DNA from: Candidatus Bathyarchaeota archaeon
GTDB taxonomy: Archaea; Thermoproteota; Bathyarchaeia; Bathyarchaeales; Bathycorpusculaceae
NCBI GenBank assembly: GCA_963777155.1
Contig: CAVZPM010000008.1
Location: 1 to 59,774 of the forward strand
DNA: 59,774 bases
Direction: 5' to 3'
Under the pieces are notes generated by a model. The model saw only the letters and a program-made list of their open reading frames with translations. It was not told the DNA's origin and made no database searches. Below, in pieces: positions 1-9,801 of the stretch (positions within the stretch are counted from its first letter, which is position 1; each line of letters starts with the position of its first letter). The translations under genes and the position numbers were made by a program.

Positions 1-438
1 CATGAATCATCAAGCTACCCCGTCGATGTTGTAAATAATGATGCTTCCCAGTCAGATGGAGAATATCACTTGTTAGCAACTTCAACTGGTTCAACTACAC
101 CCGCTTTCACTGGAAGCGGAACAATGGCGATAGTAACATTCACTGTAACTAGCACCGGGACCACAGGATTAGCGTTGAATGACGTGGAACTCTCGCAACT
201 TGCATCAGATGGAACTATTAACCTTGTAAATCCGTCAACATCAGTTGATTCAGTGACACCTTTAGGTTCTTCAATTTCAACGACTCCCAATGCTTCGGTG
301 TCCCCAACGGTTCCAGAGTTGCCAACCCCAACAATACTAGTGCTGCTTATTGTTCTTGCAATCTCGGCAGTGGCGTTATTGATGAAACGGCTAAAAACCA
401 GCGACTGTTTGCCGGCTGAACCTGTGAGTGGGTTCTGA
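1..438 (+). CDS. 3' part of a surface protein (cohesin-like beta domain, S/T linker, VPEL + TM helix + basic tail)
   Basis: Frame is open from base 1. GSGTMAIVTFTV is cohesin-like. C-terminus VPELPTPTILVLLIVLAISAVALLMKRLK resembles a PEF-CTERM-type sorting signal. Confidence 0.65.
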   Translation, partial: HESSSYPVDVVNNDASQSDGEYHLLATSTGSTTPAFTGSGTMAIVTFTVTSTGTTGLALNDVELSQLASDGTINLVNPSTSVDSVTPLGSSISTTPNASVSPTVPELPTPTILVLLIVLAISAVALLMKRLKTSDCLPAEPVSGF

Positions 439-501
439 ACCGCTTTCCAAGCTTTTGTTCTAAATAAGACAAACTTGTTCTATTTTGTCATATAAGTGTC
501 A

Positions 502-514
502 CAAAATTTATAAT
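502..514 (+). promoter_or_regulatory. BRE/TATA-like promoter upstream of the putative ncRNA
   Basis: CAAAA-TTTATAAT, ~22-30 nt upstream of the structured region starting at 536-537. Confidence 0.55.
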
Positions 515-536
515 AAAGCTCGTGCAAAATAGTTTA

Positions 537-768
537 TGCAGGTCAAGGAGCAAGCTTTAGATGCAATGCATCGAGGCAAAGATGTGTGCTAATTAAAACA
601 GCGGAAAATTAGCTCGCGACTAATACTTTGCCTCTATGGGCTGAACATGCATAGTGTTGTAGCACCTTGGCTTTGAGTTGCGGGTTCAAAATGGTGAAAG
701 AATCTGCAGCGCCTAAGACAGCGCTTGGGTGGGCCATAGGCAACAATAAGGCTCAGACTTGACCTGCA
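537..768 (+). ncRNA. Putative structured non-coding RNA, family unknown
   Basis: Closing 11-bp stem 537-547/758-768. Nested stems 573-581/626-634, 588-594/607-613, 665-673/731-740, 677-687/700-710, 711-717/724-730. Non-Watson-Crick pairs within these stems are G-U on the + strand. TATA upstream, T-tract at 815-820. Confidence 0.65.
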
Positions 769-850
769 AAAAATGAGTGGAAGAAAAAATACGGAAAAAC
801 CGTTAACCTCCCACTTTTTTCCTGAATTGCTTTTTGAATTGCGGATGCAT

Positions 851-1672
851 TCAGGTTTTGGGTGTTATGGTGATTTGGTAGAGGTTTGGCCAGTTTTTAC
901 CCGTGACAAAAAGTCTGTTCGTTTGTGAATCGTATGCTATGCCATTTAGAACTGATTCTCCATTTGGTTGGTAGAGTCCGGTCAAGTCTATAATTCCTTT
1001 TACAGTTCCTGTTTGAGGGTTAATTATGGCGATTTTTTGTGTTAGCCAGATATTAGCATATACGTCGCCGTTGATGTATTCGAGTTCGTTTATGTTGGTA
1101 ACTGAGGCGTTTCCATTATGGATGGTTACTTGTCCTGTTTTTTGGAAGGTGACCGGGTCAAGGAAATAGAGATTTGAGGTACCATCGCTCATTACCAGTT
1201 CCTTTCCGTCATACGTTAATCCCCAGCCTTCTGTATTGTAGCTGAAATTGCCCTCTAACGCAAAAGTCTCTTTATTGTAAATAAATCCAATACCATTTTG
1301 CCAAGTCAACTGAATCAGCGAACCATTTACCACAGTTAACCCTTCTCCAAAATAGTCACTCGCCAGCAGGATTTCTTTGGTCACATTTCCGTTTTCAAGA
1401 TCAACTCGACGTAACGAAGAGACATCAGAACTGCTGACGCCAAAAGTATCTCCGTAACCACCCGTACTCTCATACAAGGTGCCATTATCATATACCAAGC
1501 CTTCGGTGAATGCTCCAGTGTCATGCGAGTATGTTTTGATTACATGGTAAGTGTAGAGTACCGGTGAATTAGATTTTGGCGTTTGTTGCGAATTTAATAC
1601 AACAATTGATCCTACACTTGCAGCAAGTACCGCAACTATAACTATCACGGCGGCTAAGTGTAGTTTTCTCAT
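851..1672 (-). CDS. Glutaminyl-peptide cyclotransferase (beta-propeller glutamine cyclotransferase), N-terminal signal anchor
   Basis: Motifs FTEGL, FGEGLT, EGWGLT, NELEYING, VLNGIAYD, VTGKNWP. Confidence 0.9.
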   Translation of the reverse strand: MRKLHLAAVIVIVAVLAASVGSIVVLNSQQTPKSNSPVLYTYHVIKTYSHDTGAFTEGLVYDNGTLYESTGGYGDTFGVSSSDVSSLRRVDLENGNVTKEILLASDYFGEGLTVVNGSLIQLTWQNGIGFIYNKETFALEGNFSYNTEGWGLTYDGKELVMSDGTSNLYFLDPVTFQKTGQVTIHNGNASVTNINELEYINGDVYANIWLTQKIAIINPQTGTVKGIIDLTGLYQPNGESVLNGIAYDSQTNRLFVTGKNWPNLYQITITPKT

Positions 1673-1798
1673 AAAAAGTCAGGAACACCAAACCAACTAA
1701 TATGCACAACGCCTTTGGTTGCAGAAACTGTCAAAGCGAAACACTTAAGTGCAGAGAAATCTAAGTTGTGTCTCATACTATACAATAGGTGAAATCAA

Positions 1799-2389
1799 TT
1801 GGCTGTTGAAGGTTTTTTCGAAAACAAAAAGGAACCTGTAGAAGCAAAAGTCGGAGACTTAACCCCACAATCAAAAGCGGTTAATGTTACGGCCAAAGTA
1901 GTATCCAAAACAGAAATACGCGAAATTCCAATGGGCAGAGATGGATCTGCACACAAAGTTAGCGATGCACTCATCGGCGACGAAACTGGCGTAGTATATC
2001 TAACCCTATGGGATGACAACATTGAGAAAGTCAACGAAGCAGATACAGTACGCATTGAAAACGGTTATGTTACACTCTTCAAAGGCAACATACGTCTAAA
2101 CATCGGCAAATACGGCAAACTCGAACCAGCAAAAGAGCCACTCACAGTGGAAGTTAACACAGAAAACAATGTTTCAAGCAAAACATACGAGCAAGAACGT
2201 AGACCATTTAGAAGCGGCGGCAGAGGCGGCGGACGAGGATTCGGCGGTGGCGGCGGTTACGGCGGAAGAGACAGACGTGGCGGCGGCGGATATGGCGGCG
2301 GTGGAGATCGACGCGGTGGCGGTGGTTACGGCGGCGGTGGAGATCGACGCGGTGGCGGCGGCAGCGGCGGTTACAGACCAAGATACTAA
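1799..2389 (+). CDS. ssb: Single-OB-fold single-stranded DNA-binding protein with Gly/Arg-rich tail
   Basis: VNVTAKVV...IGDETGVVYLTLWD...IENGYV...LNIGKYG matches crenarchaeal-type SSB; RBS AGGTGA upstream. Confidence 0.85.
   Translation: MAVEGFFENKKEPVEAKVGDLTPQSKAVNVTAKVVSKTEIREIPMGRDGSAHKVSDALIGDETGVVYLTLWDDNIEKVNEADTVRIENGYVTLFKGNIRLNIGKYGKLEPAKEPLTVEVNTENNVSSKTYEQERRPFRSGGRGGGRGFGGGGGYGGRDRRGGGGYGGGGDRRGGGGYGGGGDRRGGGGSGGYRPRY
2294..2358 (+). repeat. 36-nt-period coding tandem repeat (GGGGDRRGGGGY)
   Basis: GGCGGCGGTGGAGATCGACGCGGTGGCGG at 2294-2322 and 2330-2358. Confidence 0.85.
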
Positions 2390-2418
2390 GCCCTTCCAAT
2401 GTGTTGAGTTTAGAAATA

Positions 2419-2438
2419 TTTTCTTTTTTTGATTTTTT
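2419..2438 (+). terminator. Oligo-T terminator after ssb
   Basis: TTTTCTTTTTTTGATTTTTT ~30 nt after the stop. Confidence 0.55.
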
Positions 2439-2564
2439 ATCTATTTAATAATTCTTTTCCGTCTACTTCCTGAATGTTATCTGGTATTCGTCGAATTATC
2501 GCCGATTTGAAATTGTCAAATAAAAACTTAAATCCTCTGCGGTGTTTTTCACCGTTGAACAGAG

Positions 2565-3955
2565 TTGTCTTTGATGGTTACCCCTAAGTCTGATGTTAAA
2601 CCAACCGTGGATGAGTTGCTTGCGAAAGCCAAAAAGCCTGCACAGCTCTCTTCACCAATGCACCGCTTCTATGAGGGAAAAATGCAGCTAATCCCCAAAT
2701 GTGCCGTCCGAAGCGTCGATGATTTCGCAGTCTGGTATACTCCAGGTGTCGCATCACCCTGTCGTGAAATCCAAGCGGATCCTGAAAAATCATTTGAGTT
2801 AACTAATCGGTGGAACTATGTTGCTGTTGTCACTGATGGGACACGGGTTCTAGGTTTAGGTGATATTGGTCCTGAAGCTGCGTTGCCCGTTATGGAGGGT
2901 AAAGCACTCCTGTTTAAGTATCTGGGCGGTGTGGATGCATTTCCGATTTGCCTTGCGAACCAAGGATCCGGATGAGATTGTCAAAATCTGCAAAGCTCTA
3001 GAGCCTTCTTTTGGTGGCATTAACCTTGAAGACATCGAGAAACCCAAATGTTTCCAGGTTCTTGAAAAAGCTCGCGAACAGATGCAGATTCCAGTTTGGC
3101 ATGATGACCAGCAAGGAACCGCAACCGTAATTTTGGCTGGATTAATGAACGCCTTCAAAATTGTTGGCAAAAAACCAAAAGAAAGCCTAATCACGTTGGT
3201 CGGTTCAGGAGCAGCTAACATTCGCACTGCTTATGTACTTATGAAGTGGGGTATAAAACCCGGAAACATTATTCTAGGCAGATAGCAAAGGCGTACTCTA
3301 CAAGGGCAGAGAAGACATTAACCAAGCTGAAGATCCTTGGAAATATGATGTTACCCAGAAAACCAACGGCGAAGGCAGAACAGGCGATATTACTGAAGCA
3401 TTCAAAGGTGTAGATGCTGTGGTTGCGGCTTCAAAACCTGGACCCAACACCATAAAGAAAGAGTGGATAAAAACAATGGCCAACGACGCGATAATTTTTG
3501 CATGTGCTAACCCGATTCCGGAGATTTGGCCTTGGGATGCTGAAGATGCGGGAGCACGGATTGTTGCAACTGGTAGAAGCGATTTTCCTAACCAAGTTAA
3601 CAACAGCCTTGGATTTCCAGCGATTTTCCGTGGAGTCTTAGATGTTAAAGCAAAAACTATCACTGACGATATGTGTATAGCTGCAGCGCAGGAACTGGCC
3701 GATTATGCTGAGGAGCGGGGTATGACTGAAAAAGATATTTTGCCGAGGATGGATGAATGGGAAGTTTTTCCAAGAGAAGCCGTTGCATGCGCCTTAAAAT
3801 CCATCGAGCAGGGTGTTGCCCGCGTGAAACCAAGTAGACAGGAGCTGTATGAGCGCGCTTCTTCCATCATTAGGAACGCTCGGGACTCAACGGAACTGTT
3901 GATGAAGCATGGTCTAATCAAGAAGCCGCCAAGTGAGGCAGAACTACTAAAGTAA
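2565..3955 (+). CDS. NAD(P)-dependent malic enzyme, copy 1, split by indels
   Basis: [69 protein letters not shown] across three ORFs. Confidence 0.9.
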
Positions 3956-4015
3956 TCACTTAGAGACCTGTCAAATAAGAGAGCGCGGTTTAGAGACTTA
4001 CAAAAATGGAGAAGA

Positions 4016-4286
4016 TTAGAGCAGCGCTATTTTTACTATATTTCTTTTCTCAAGCCTTCGCAGTGCATCGAGGCATTCGTCTTTTTTCTCGCCGGTGATA
4101 GCTAGGGTTGGTCATTATTTCTTTGACTGAGACGCCTGGTTTGCCGAAGTTTTCGTGACGCTTGTAGAGGTGCTTAACAATGGATTTCTCGAGTTTGCCG
4201 CATCGCCATGTAGTGTTACGAATCAGGAAAACGATGGTTTGAACAAGAGTCTGCTCGTTAGATTTTCTTCCTCGGGTTTCTCCCAA
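4016..4286 (-). CDS. Small hypothetical protein, possible winged helix (copy 1, frameshifted)
   Basis: Matches intact copy 9802-10071; extra G near 4104. Confidence 0.6.
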
Positions 4287-4359
4287 CTCTCCCCACCTTA
4301 CCCTTTTTTACGGTTTCATTTCATTTAAACATTTGTCCCTTGAGGTAAGAGGGCTCTGT

Positions 4360-4809
4360 TTACAATATTTTTTTGAGGTACAAGCCATGTTTTGTGCCAT
4401 AATACCTCTCTAGTTTGCCAACCGTCTGATAACCAAGCGTGTGATAGAGTTTGATGGCTGCATGGTTGTCTTCGCGGACTTCCAAGCGGCATTCATTAAT
4501 GCTTTTTTGTTTAAGGAGGTTCTCCATCTCACGAAGCATTTTTGTTGCGATTTTTTGGCGCCGAAAATTTGGAGCTACATTTATCGTTATTATGTGTCCA
4601 AACTCGGTGTTTTCCTCAACTTCCACCTGGGCAATGATGAATCCCACTATGTTATTGTCTGCTTTCGCTGCCAACGCAATGGTGTTGTAGTCGGTTAACA
4701 GATATGCTATCTGACGTTTGCTAAATGCTTCCTGGTCAAAGCATTTCTCTTCGATCTTAAAGAGTTGATCCAGAAGCTTTAAAGAAGCAGTTTCGATTTT
4801 TACTTCCAT
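4360..4809 (-). CDS. rimI: RimI/Ard1-like GNAT N-acetyltransferase (copy 1)
   Basis: GHIITINVAPNFRRQKIA, LEVREDNHAAIKLY, YY. Confidence 0.85.
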   Translation of the reverse strand: MEVKIETASLKLLDQLFKIEEKCFDQEAFSKRQIAYLLTDYNTIALAAKADNNIVGFIIAQVEVEENTEFGHIITINVAPNFRRQKIATKMLREMENLLKQKSINECRLEVREDNHAAIKLYHTLGYQTVGKLERYYGTKHGLYLKKIL

Positions 4810-4827
4810 CTTGCTGGTCTATAACAA

Positions 4828-5910
4828 TTAGGGTTGAGGGGACATTTTAGTTTTTTCTGTATCGGCGGAAGTGAATACAGCTGGTTTTAGTTCAAGATAT
4901 TGCTGGGCTGCGAAACCTATGAAGAACCGGAACCATAATGTTACGATTCTTACGAGTATTGTGGCTGTAGCGGCTAAGGGTCCATAGATACCCATGGAAA
5001 TATAGAGGGTAGTCATGACTGCTTCTGGCAATCCAACTTCGAAAGGTACACCAATTGGTATGGCTTTAACAGCTAAGAATATGGCTGAAGTAACGATAAT
5101 TATGCTCCATGTAACGGGGTGACCTAGTGATTGGAACACGAGGTATGGTACGCTTAAACTGAAAAACCAAGAAATCACTAAGAAAAACACTGATCCAGCT
5201 ACAGGTTTTGGGGTGTGTCTAAACTCTATCATTGAATCGTGAAAGTGTTGGGTGGCTTCGATGGCTTGTTCCGTCAGTTTTGTAAGTTTTACTTTTCCAA
5301 ATGTAATTTTATGAACGGCATGTATTGCGAAGTCTACTACTTTTAGGGTCCATTGTTGCTTGAATGACAAAACCAGCATCAGACCGATTATTCCCACGAT
5401 TGCCGCGGCTACTAATACAATTGCATTAAAAACTAATGGGTTCACGTTTCCACCCCGTGTAAGCAATATTATTCCAGCGATAAGGGCTACAACGTTTAGC
5501 ACCATGCCGAGGAGCCTATGAGTAAAGAGTGACGCTACCACTTTTCCGAATGGACCACATTTGTCTCTAGTACAAAGGTAGGTTCGGGTTACTTCTCCGC
5601 TTATGGATTGTGCTGGAACGATGGTGTCAACATATATGCCGTACCAAACGTAAAGGTAAGCCCTGAAAACACCAATTTTTATTTTAAGGTAATTGGTTAG
5701 CACCCTCCAAGAAATCGTGAAGAAAAAGACTTCCAGCAAACCGAAAACAATTGCTACTGCATAGACAAGTGGATTCGCGGTTCTTGCTTTTCCAAGGATA
5801 TCTAAAATGTCTACGTTGAACAGGTAAATATAGAGGAAAAACCCCGCCAAACCCAATAACGGAAAAACTGCTGTCTTCCAAGTTAACTTTGGCCTAGCAG
5901 GAGTTTCCAA
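4828..5910 (-). CDS. UPF0104 / lysylphosphatidylglycerol-synthase TM (flippase-like) membrane protein (copy 1)
   Basis: Multi-TM; IVPAQSISGEVTRTY, GLPEAVMT, RIVTLW motifs. Confidence 0.8.
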   Translation of the reverse strand: METPARPKLTWKTAVFPLLGLAGFFLYIYLFNVDILDILGKARTANPLVYAVAIVFGLLEVFFFTISWRVLTNYLKIKIGVFRAYLYVWYGIYVDTIVPAQSISGEVTRTYLCTRDKCGPFGKVVASLFTHRLLGMVLNVVALIAGIILLTRGGNVNPLVFNAIVLVAAAIVGIIGLMLVLSFKQQWTLKVVDFAIHAVHKITFGKVKLTKLTEQAIEATQHFHDSMIEFRHTPKPVAGSVFFLVISWFFSLSVPYLVFQSLGHPVTWSIIIVTSAIFLAVKAIPIGVPFEVGLPEAVMTTLYISMGIYGPLAATATILVRIVTLWFRFFIGFAAQQYLELKPAVFTSADTEKTKMSPQP

Positions 5911-6260
5911 TAGACTTTTTCACCAGCGTTTAACGAAGAGGAATAAACAAGCAATTATATACTTTACCCAAATCTCAACCTACACTTTTTCTCCAAACAA
6001 GCAAACCCTGATTTTTTCTTTATCTTATTATTTAGAAATATGACTTTCTAACCTGCTTATGGTTGGCAAAAATCGATAATACTGATCTGCCTCGCTCCAA
6101 GCAGACAAATCCAACTTTCATGTAGGTAGAAGGTAGCAAACTCAGTTCACTGATGTTTCTGAGGTAAATGATCTTTGAAAATCTTGGTCCCGGGGTTTTC
6201 ATTTCTTTATGGTAATGTTTTAATTGTTAGGGCTTCTAACCAGTAAACAGGTCTTCAAAA

Positions 6261-8033
6261 TTGAGCAGTGAAGGTAAATGTTCCAAGCCAGGATTTGACA
6301 AGTTCGTTGCAATTAATGAGTTAGCTAAGCGAAGGGGTTTCTTTTGGTCGTCATTTGAAATTTATGGCGGCAGTGGCGGTTTTGTAACTTACGGTCCGCT
6401 TGGTTCACGCCTAAAGCAGAATGTTGAAGCGAAACTCAGGGAATTATTCGTTAAAAAAATCGGGATTTATGAGATGGAGAACTCGGTTATTGCACCAGGC
6501 AAGGTTTTTGAAGCATCTGGTCACGTTGACCATTTTAAGGAGCCGATGGTAGAGTGCCAAAACTGCCATCAACGCTTCCGAGCAGACCACTTGCTTGAGG
6601 AAAAAGGCATCAGTAGTGCCGAAGCAGAAAAGATGACGCTTGAAGAGGTTGCGAAAGAGATTGAGGTACATGGCGTGGTTTGTCCTGACTGTAAAGGCAA
6701 ATTCGGCGAACCCCAACGTTACTTAACAATGTTCCAAACCACCATTGGACCATATTCGGGAGCAGTTGGCTATGGCAGACCAGAGGCTGCACAGAATATC
6801 TTCGTAGAATTCAACAGGCTTTACACTACCGCACGCGAGCGGCTTCCGTTTGGTTGCATCCAGATTGGGCATGCACTACGCAACGAGATCTCCCCGCGCC
6901 AAGGCTTAATCCGACTACGTGAATTCACGATTGCCGATTTAGAATTCTTCTTCGACCCCGCGGAGCCAGGCTGTGATAAGTTACAAGAAGTTGAAAGCGA
7001 AGTCTTGCCCATCCTGCTTTGCGAGACGCGGCTCAAGGAATGCGAAGACATAACCAACTTTACAGTCCGAGAAGCCTTAGACAAAAAAATCATCCGTTCC
7101 GAATGGCAGGCCTTCTTCATGGCGATGGCAAAACGCCTACTCACTGAACTTGGTGTACCTGCGGACAAGCAACGCTTCATTGAGAAACTCACATGGGAAA
7201 AAGCCCATTATAGCAGCCAAAGCTTCGATCAGGAAGTACTCGTTGACCGTTGGGGCTGGGTGGAGGTTTCTGGGCATGCTTACCGCACAGACTATGACTT
7301 GAGCAGCCATATGAAAGCCAGCGGCGTAGACATGACGGTTTACAAAGAATACGCGACCCCAGTCGAGAAGGAAGAGCTTACGGTTAAGCCAATTATGGCT
7401 AAACTTGGTCCAATCTACAAAGGCGACGCAGGGAAAGTTGCTGCGGCGCTTGCTAGGGTTCCAGCGCAGGAAGTGGCAGATGCCCTGAAGAAAGACGGCA
7501 GTTACATGGCTGGAAACTATCAGGTTTTACCCGAACAGATAGATATTAGTAGACAAAAAACCATAGTGCGCGGAACCCGATTCGTACCCCACGTCGTGGA
7601 ACCCAGCTTTGGCTCGGACAGGCTGTTCTACGTGGCGCTTGAGTACGCTTACAACGTGAAAGACGACCGTGTAGTTATGAGTTTCCCACGTAGCATCGCG
7701 CCAATCCAAGTCGGTGTTTATCCATTGATGGGCAAAGATGGTTTAGACACCAAAGCTAAGGAAGTCCAGAAGATACTTACAAATGAAGGCTTCATGACGG
7801 AGTACGATGAAACAGGCTCGATTGGCAGACGGTACGCAAGAGCCGACGAAGCAGGTGTACAACTCGGCATAACAATAGACTACGACACCCTAAACGACGC
7901 AACAGTTACCGTACGCGACAGAGACTCTTGGCAGCAAATCCGAACTGCAATCAAGGATTTGCCTGTGCAATTGCACAAATACTTCGAAGGAAAACTCGAT
8001 TTTGAACAATTAGGAACCATAATCAAAACTTAG
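6261..8033 (+). CDS. glyS: Glycyl-tRNA synthetase, alpha2 type (copy 1, intact)
   Basis: KRRGFF, ASGHVDHF, RNEISPRQGLIRLREFT, EPSFGSDR, GSIGRRYARADE. Confidence 0.97.
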   Translation: MSSEGKCSKPGFDKFVAINELAKRRGFFWSSFEIYGGSGGFVTYGPLGSRLKQNVEAKLRELFVKKIGIYEMENSVIAPGKVFEASGHVDHFKEPMVECQNCHQRFRADHLLEEKGISSAEAEKMTLEEVAKEIEVHGVVCPDCKGKFGEPQRYLTMFQTTIGPYSGAVGYGRPEAAQNIFVEFNRLYTTARERLPFGCIQIGHALRNEISPRQGLIRLREFTIADLEFFFDPAEPGCDKLQEVESEVLPILLCETRLKECEDITNFTVREALDKKIIRSEWQAFFMAMAKRLLTELGVPADKQRFIEKLTWEKAHYSSQSFDQEVLVDRWGWVEVSGHAYRTDYDLSSHMKASGVDMTVYKEYATPVEKEELTVKPIMAKLGPIYKGDAGKVAAALARVPAQEVADALKKDGSYMAGNYQVLPEQIDISRQKTIVRGTRFVPHVVEPSFGSDRLFYVALEYAYNVKDDRVVMSFPRSIAPIQVGVYPLMGKDGLDTKAKEVQKILTNEGFMTEYDETGSIGRRYARADEAGVQLGITIDYDTLNDATVTVRDRDSWQQIRTAIKDLPVQLHKYFEGKLDFEQLGTIIKT

Positions 8034-8108
8034 GTAGCTACCTTTTTTAATGTTCACACAAATAGTAGACTGATTAATTCAGGGATTGTTATAGACGGGG
8101 GAATAAGT

Positions 8109-8762
8109 TTGGTACTTCCAGCAGAAACAGAAGAGCGGGTTAAGCGTCGAGCGCTTAATGCTTGTCAAGATAACTTACGTAAGGTTGTTGATGTCTCAAG
8201 AAAAATCCCTCAACTAGTCGAGTTTTTTGCAAGTGGCGACAAAGAAAACGCTCGCAGACTTTTCAGCGAAATAAAAACAGGAGAAGAAGAAGTTATCAAA
8301 TCACGGCGAATGGTGTCTCAGGAGCTGGCGGAAATAGGCGCTATCCTGATTGCCCGCGAAGACTTCCTGCGATTCACAAACTTATCGAGCGAAATAGCAG
8401 ACTTCTCAGAAGGCATCGCCTATTATCTGGTCGAAATAATGGAGCACAACTGGGTCATATCTTCCGATGTCAAAAAGGACCTCCTCAAACTATCCCTAGC
8501 AGTACTTGATTCGGTTCTTAAACTCCGCGAAACCATGATGGTCCTAAATTATGGTCCGCAGAAAACCCTTGAACGCGCTAAAGACGTGGAAATCGCCGAG
8601 CGCATAGTCGACGACAATTTTAGGGCATTAACTATAAAAGTTCTAAGCAGCAAATTTGATGTACCTGTTCTTTTGCTTTTGAGAGATGTCCTTCAACTTC
8701 TTGAAAACTCTGCCGACAAAGCCGAAGACGCAGCAGACGCCGCAAGCCAAGGATCCGGATGA
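8109..8762 (+). CDS. DUF47/PhoU-like protein (copy 1; last residues replaced at duplication junction)
   Basis: REDFLR, EIAERIVDD, ENSADKAEDAAD; ends QGSG versus TISFIM in copy 2. Confidence 0.8.
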   Translation: MVLPAETEERVKRRALNACQDNLRKVVDVSRKIPQLVEFFASGDKENARRLFSEIKTGEEEVIKSRRMVSQELAEIGAILIAREDFLRFTNLSSEIADFSEGIAYYLVEIMEHNWVISSDVKKDLLKLSLAVLDSVLKLRETMMVLNYGPQKTLERAKDVEIAERIVDDNFRALTIKVLSSKFDVPVLLLLRDVLQLLENSADKAEDAADAASQGSG

Positions 8763-9741
8763 GATTGTAAAAATCTGCAAAGCTCTAGAGCCTTCTTTTG
8801 GTGGCATTAACCTTGAAGATATCGAGAAACCCAAATGTTTCCAGGTTCTTGAAAAGGCTCGTGAACAGATGCAGGTTCCAGTTTGGCATGATGACCAGCA
8901 GGGAACCGCAACCGTTATTTTGGCTGGGTTAATGAACGCTTTCAAAATTGTTGGCAAAAAACCAAAAGAAAGCCTAATCACTTTGGTCGGTTCCGGCGCA
9001 GCTAACATTCGTACTGCTTATGTACTTATGAAGTGGGGTGTAAAACCCGGAAACATTATTCTGGCAGATAGTAAAGGCGTAATCCACAAGGATAGAGAAG
9101 ATATAAGCCAAGTTGAAGATCCTTGGAAATATGATGTTACTCAGAAAACCAACGGTGAAGGCAGAACAGGCGACATCGCTCAAGCATTCAAAGGAGTTGA
9201 TGCTGTAGTTGCGGCTTCAAAACCTGGACCCAACACTATAAAGAAAGAGTGGATAAAAACAATGGCCAACGACGCGATAGTTTTTGCATGTGCTAACCCG
9301 ATTCCGGAGATTTGGCCTTGGGAGGCTGAAGATGCGGGAGCAAGGATTGTTGCAACTGGTAGAAGCGATTTTCCTAACCAAGTTAACAACAGCCTTGGAT
9401 TTCCAGCGATTTTCCGAGGAGTCTTAGATGTTAAAGCAAAAACTATCACTGACGATATGTGTATAGCTGCAGCACAGGAACTGGCCGATTATGCTGAGGA
9501 GCGGGGTATGACTGAAAAAGATATTTTGCCGAGGATGGATGAATGGGAAGTCTTTCCAAGAGAAGCCGTTGCATGCGCCTTAAAATCCATCGAGCAGGGT
9601 GTTGCCCGCGTGAAGCCAAGTAGACAAGAGCTGTATGAGCGTGCTTCCTCCATCATTAGAAATGCTCGGGACTCAACGGAACTGTTGATGAAGCATGGCC
9701 TAATCAAGAAGCCGCCAAGTGAGGCAGAACTACTAAAGTAA
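8747..9741 (+). pseudogene. Malic enzyme copy 2, lacking the N-terminal ~130 aa
   Basis: Begins at [11 protein letters not shown]; frame is intact downstream. Confidence 0.85.
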
Positions 9742-9801
9742 TCAACTGGAAACCTGTCAAATAAGAGAACGCGATATAGTGATGTACAAAAATGGAGAAG
9801 A

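Larger units (their letters stand above)
2960..8746 (+). repeat. Copy 1 of ~5.8 kb diverged tandem duplication
   Basis: Starts CCAAGGATCCGGATGAG; same gene order and near-identical sequence to 8747-14529. Confidence 0.95.

Noticed and set aside
537-768. RNase P or SRP RNA
   Set aside because: AACAATAAGGCTCA faintly resembles RNase P CR-V, but there is no GAGGAAAGTCC-like CR-I, and no SRP helix-8 motif is present.
8686-8746. Novel N-terminus of malic enzyme ORF 8686-9741
   Set aside because: Out-of-frame DUF47 sequence fused at the duplication junction.
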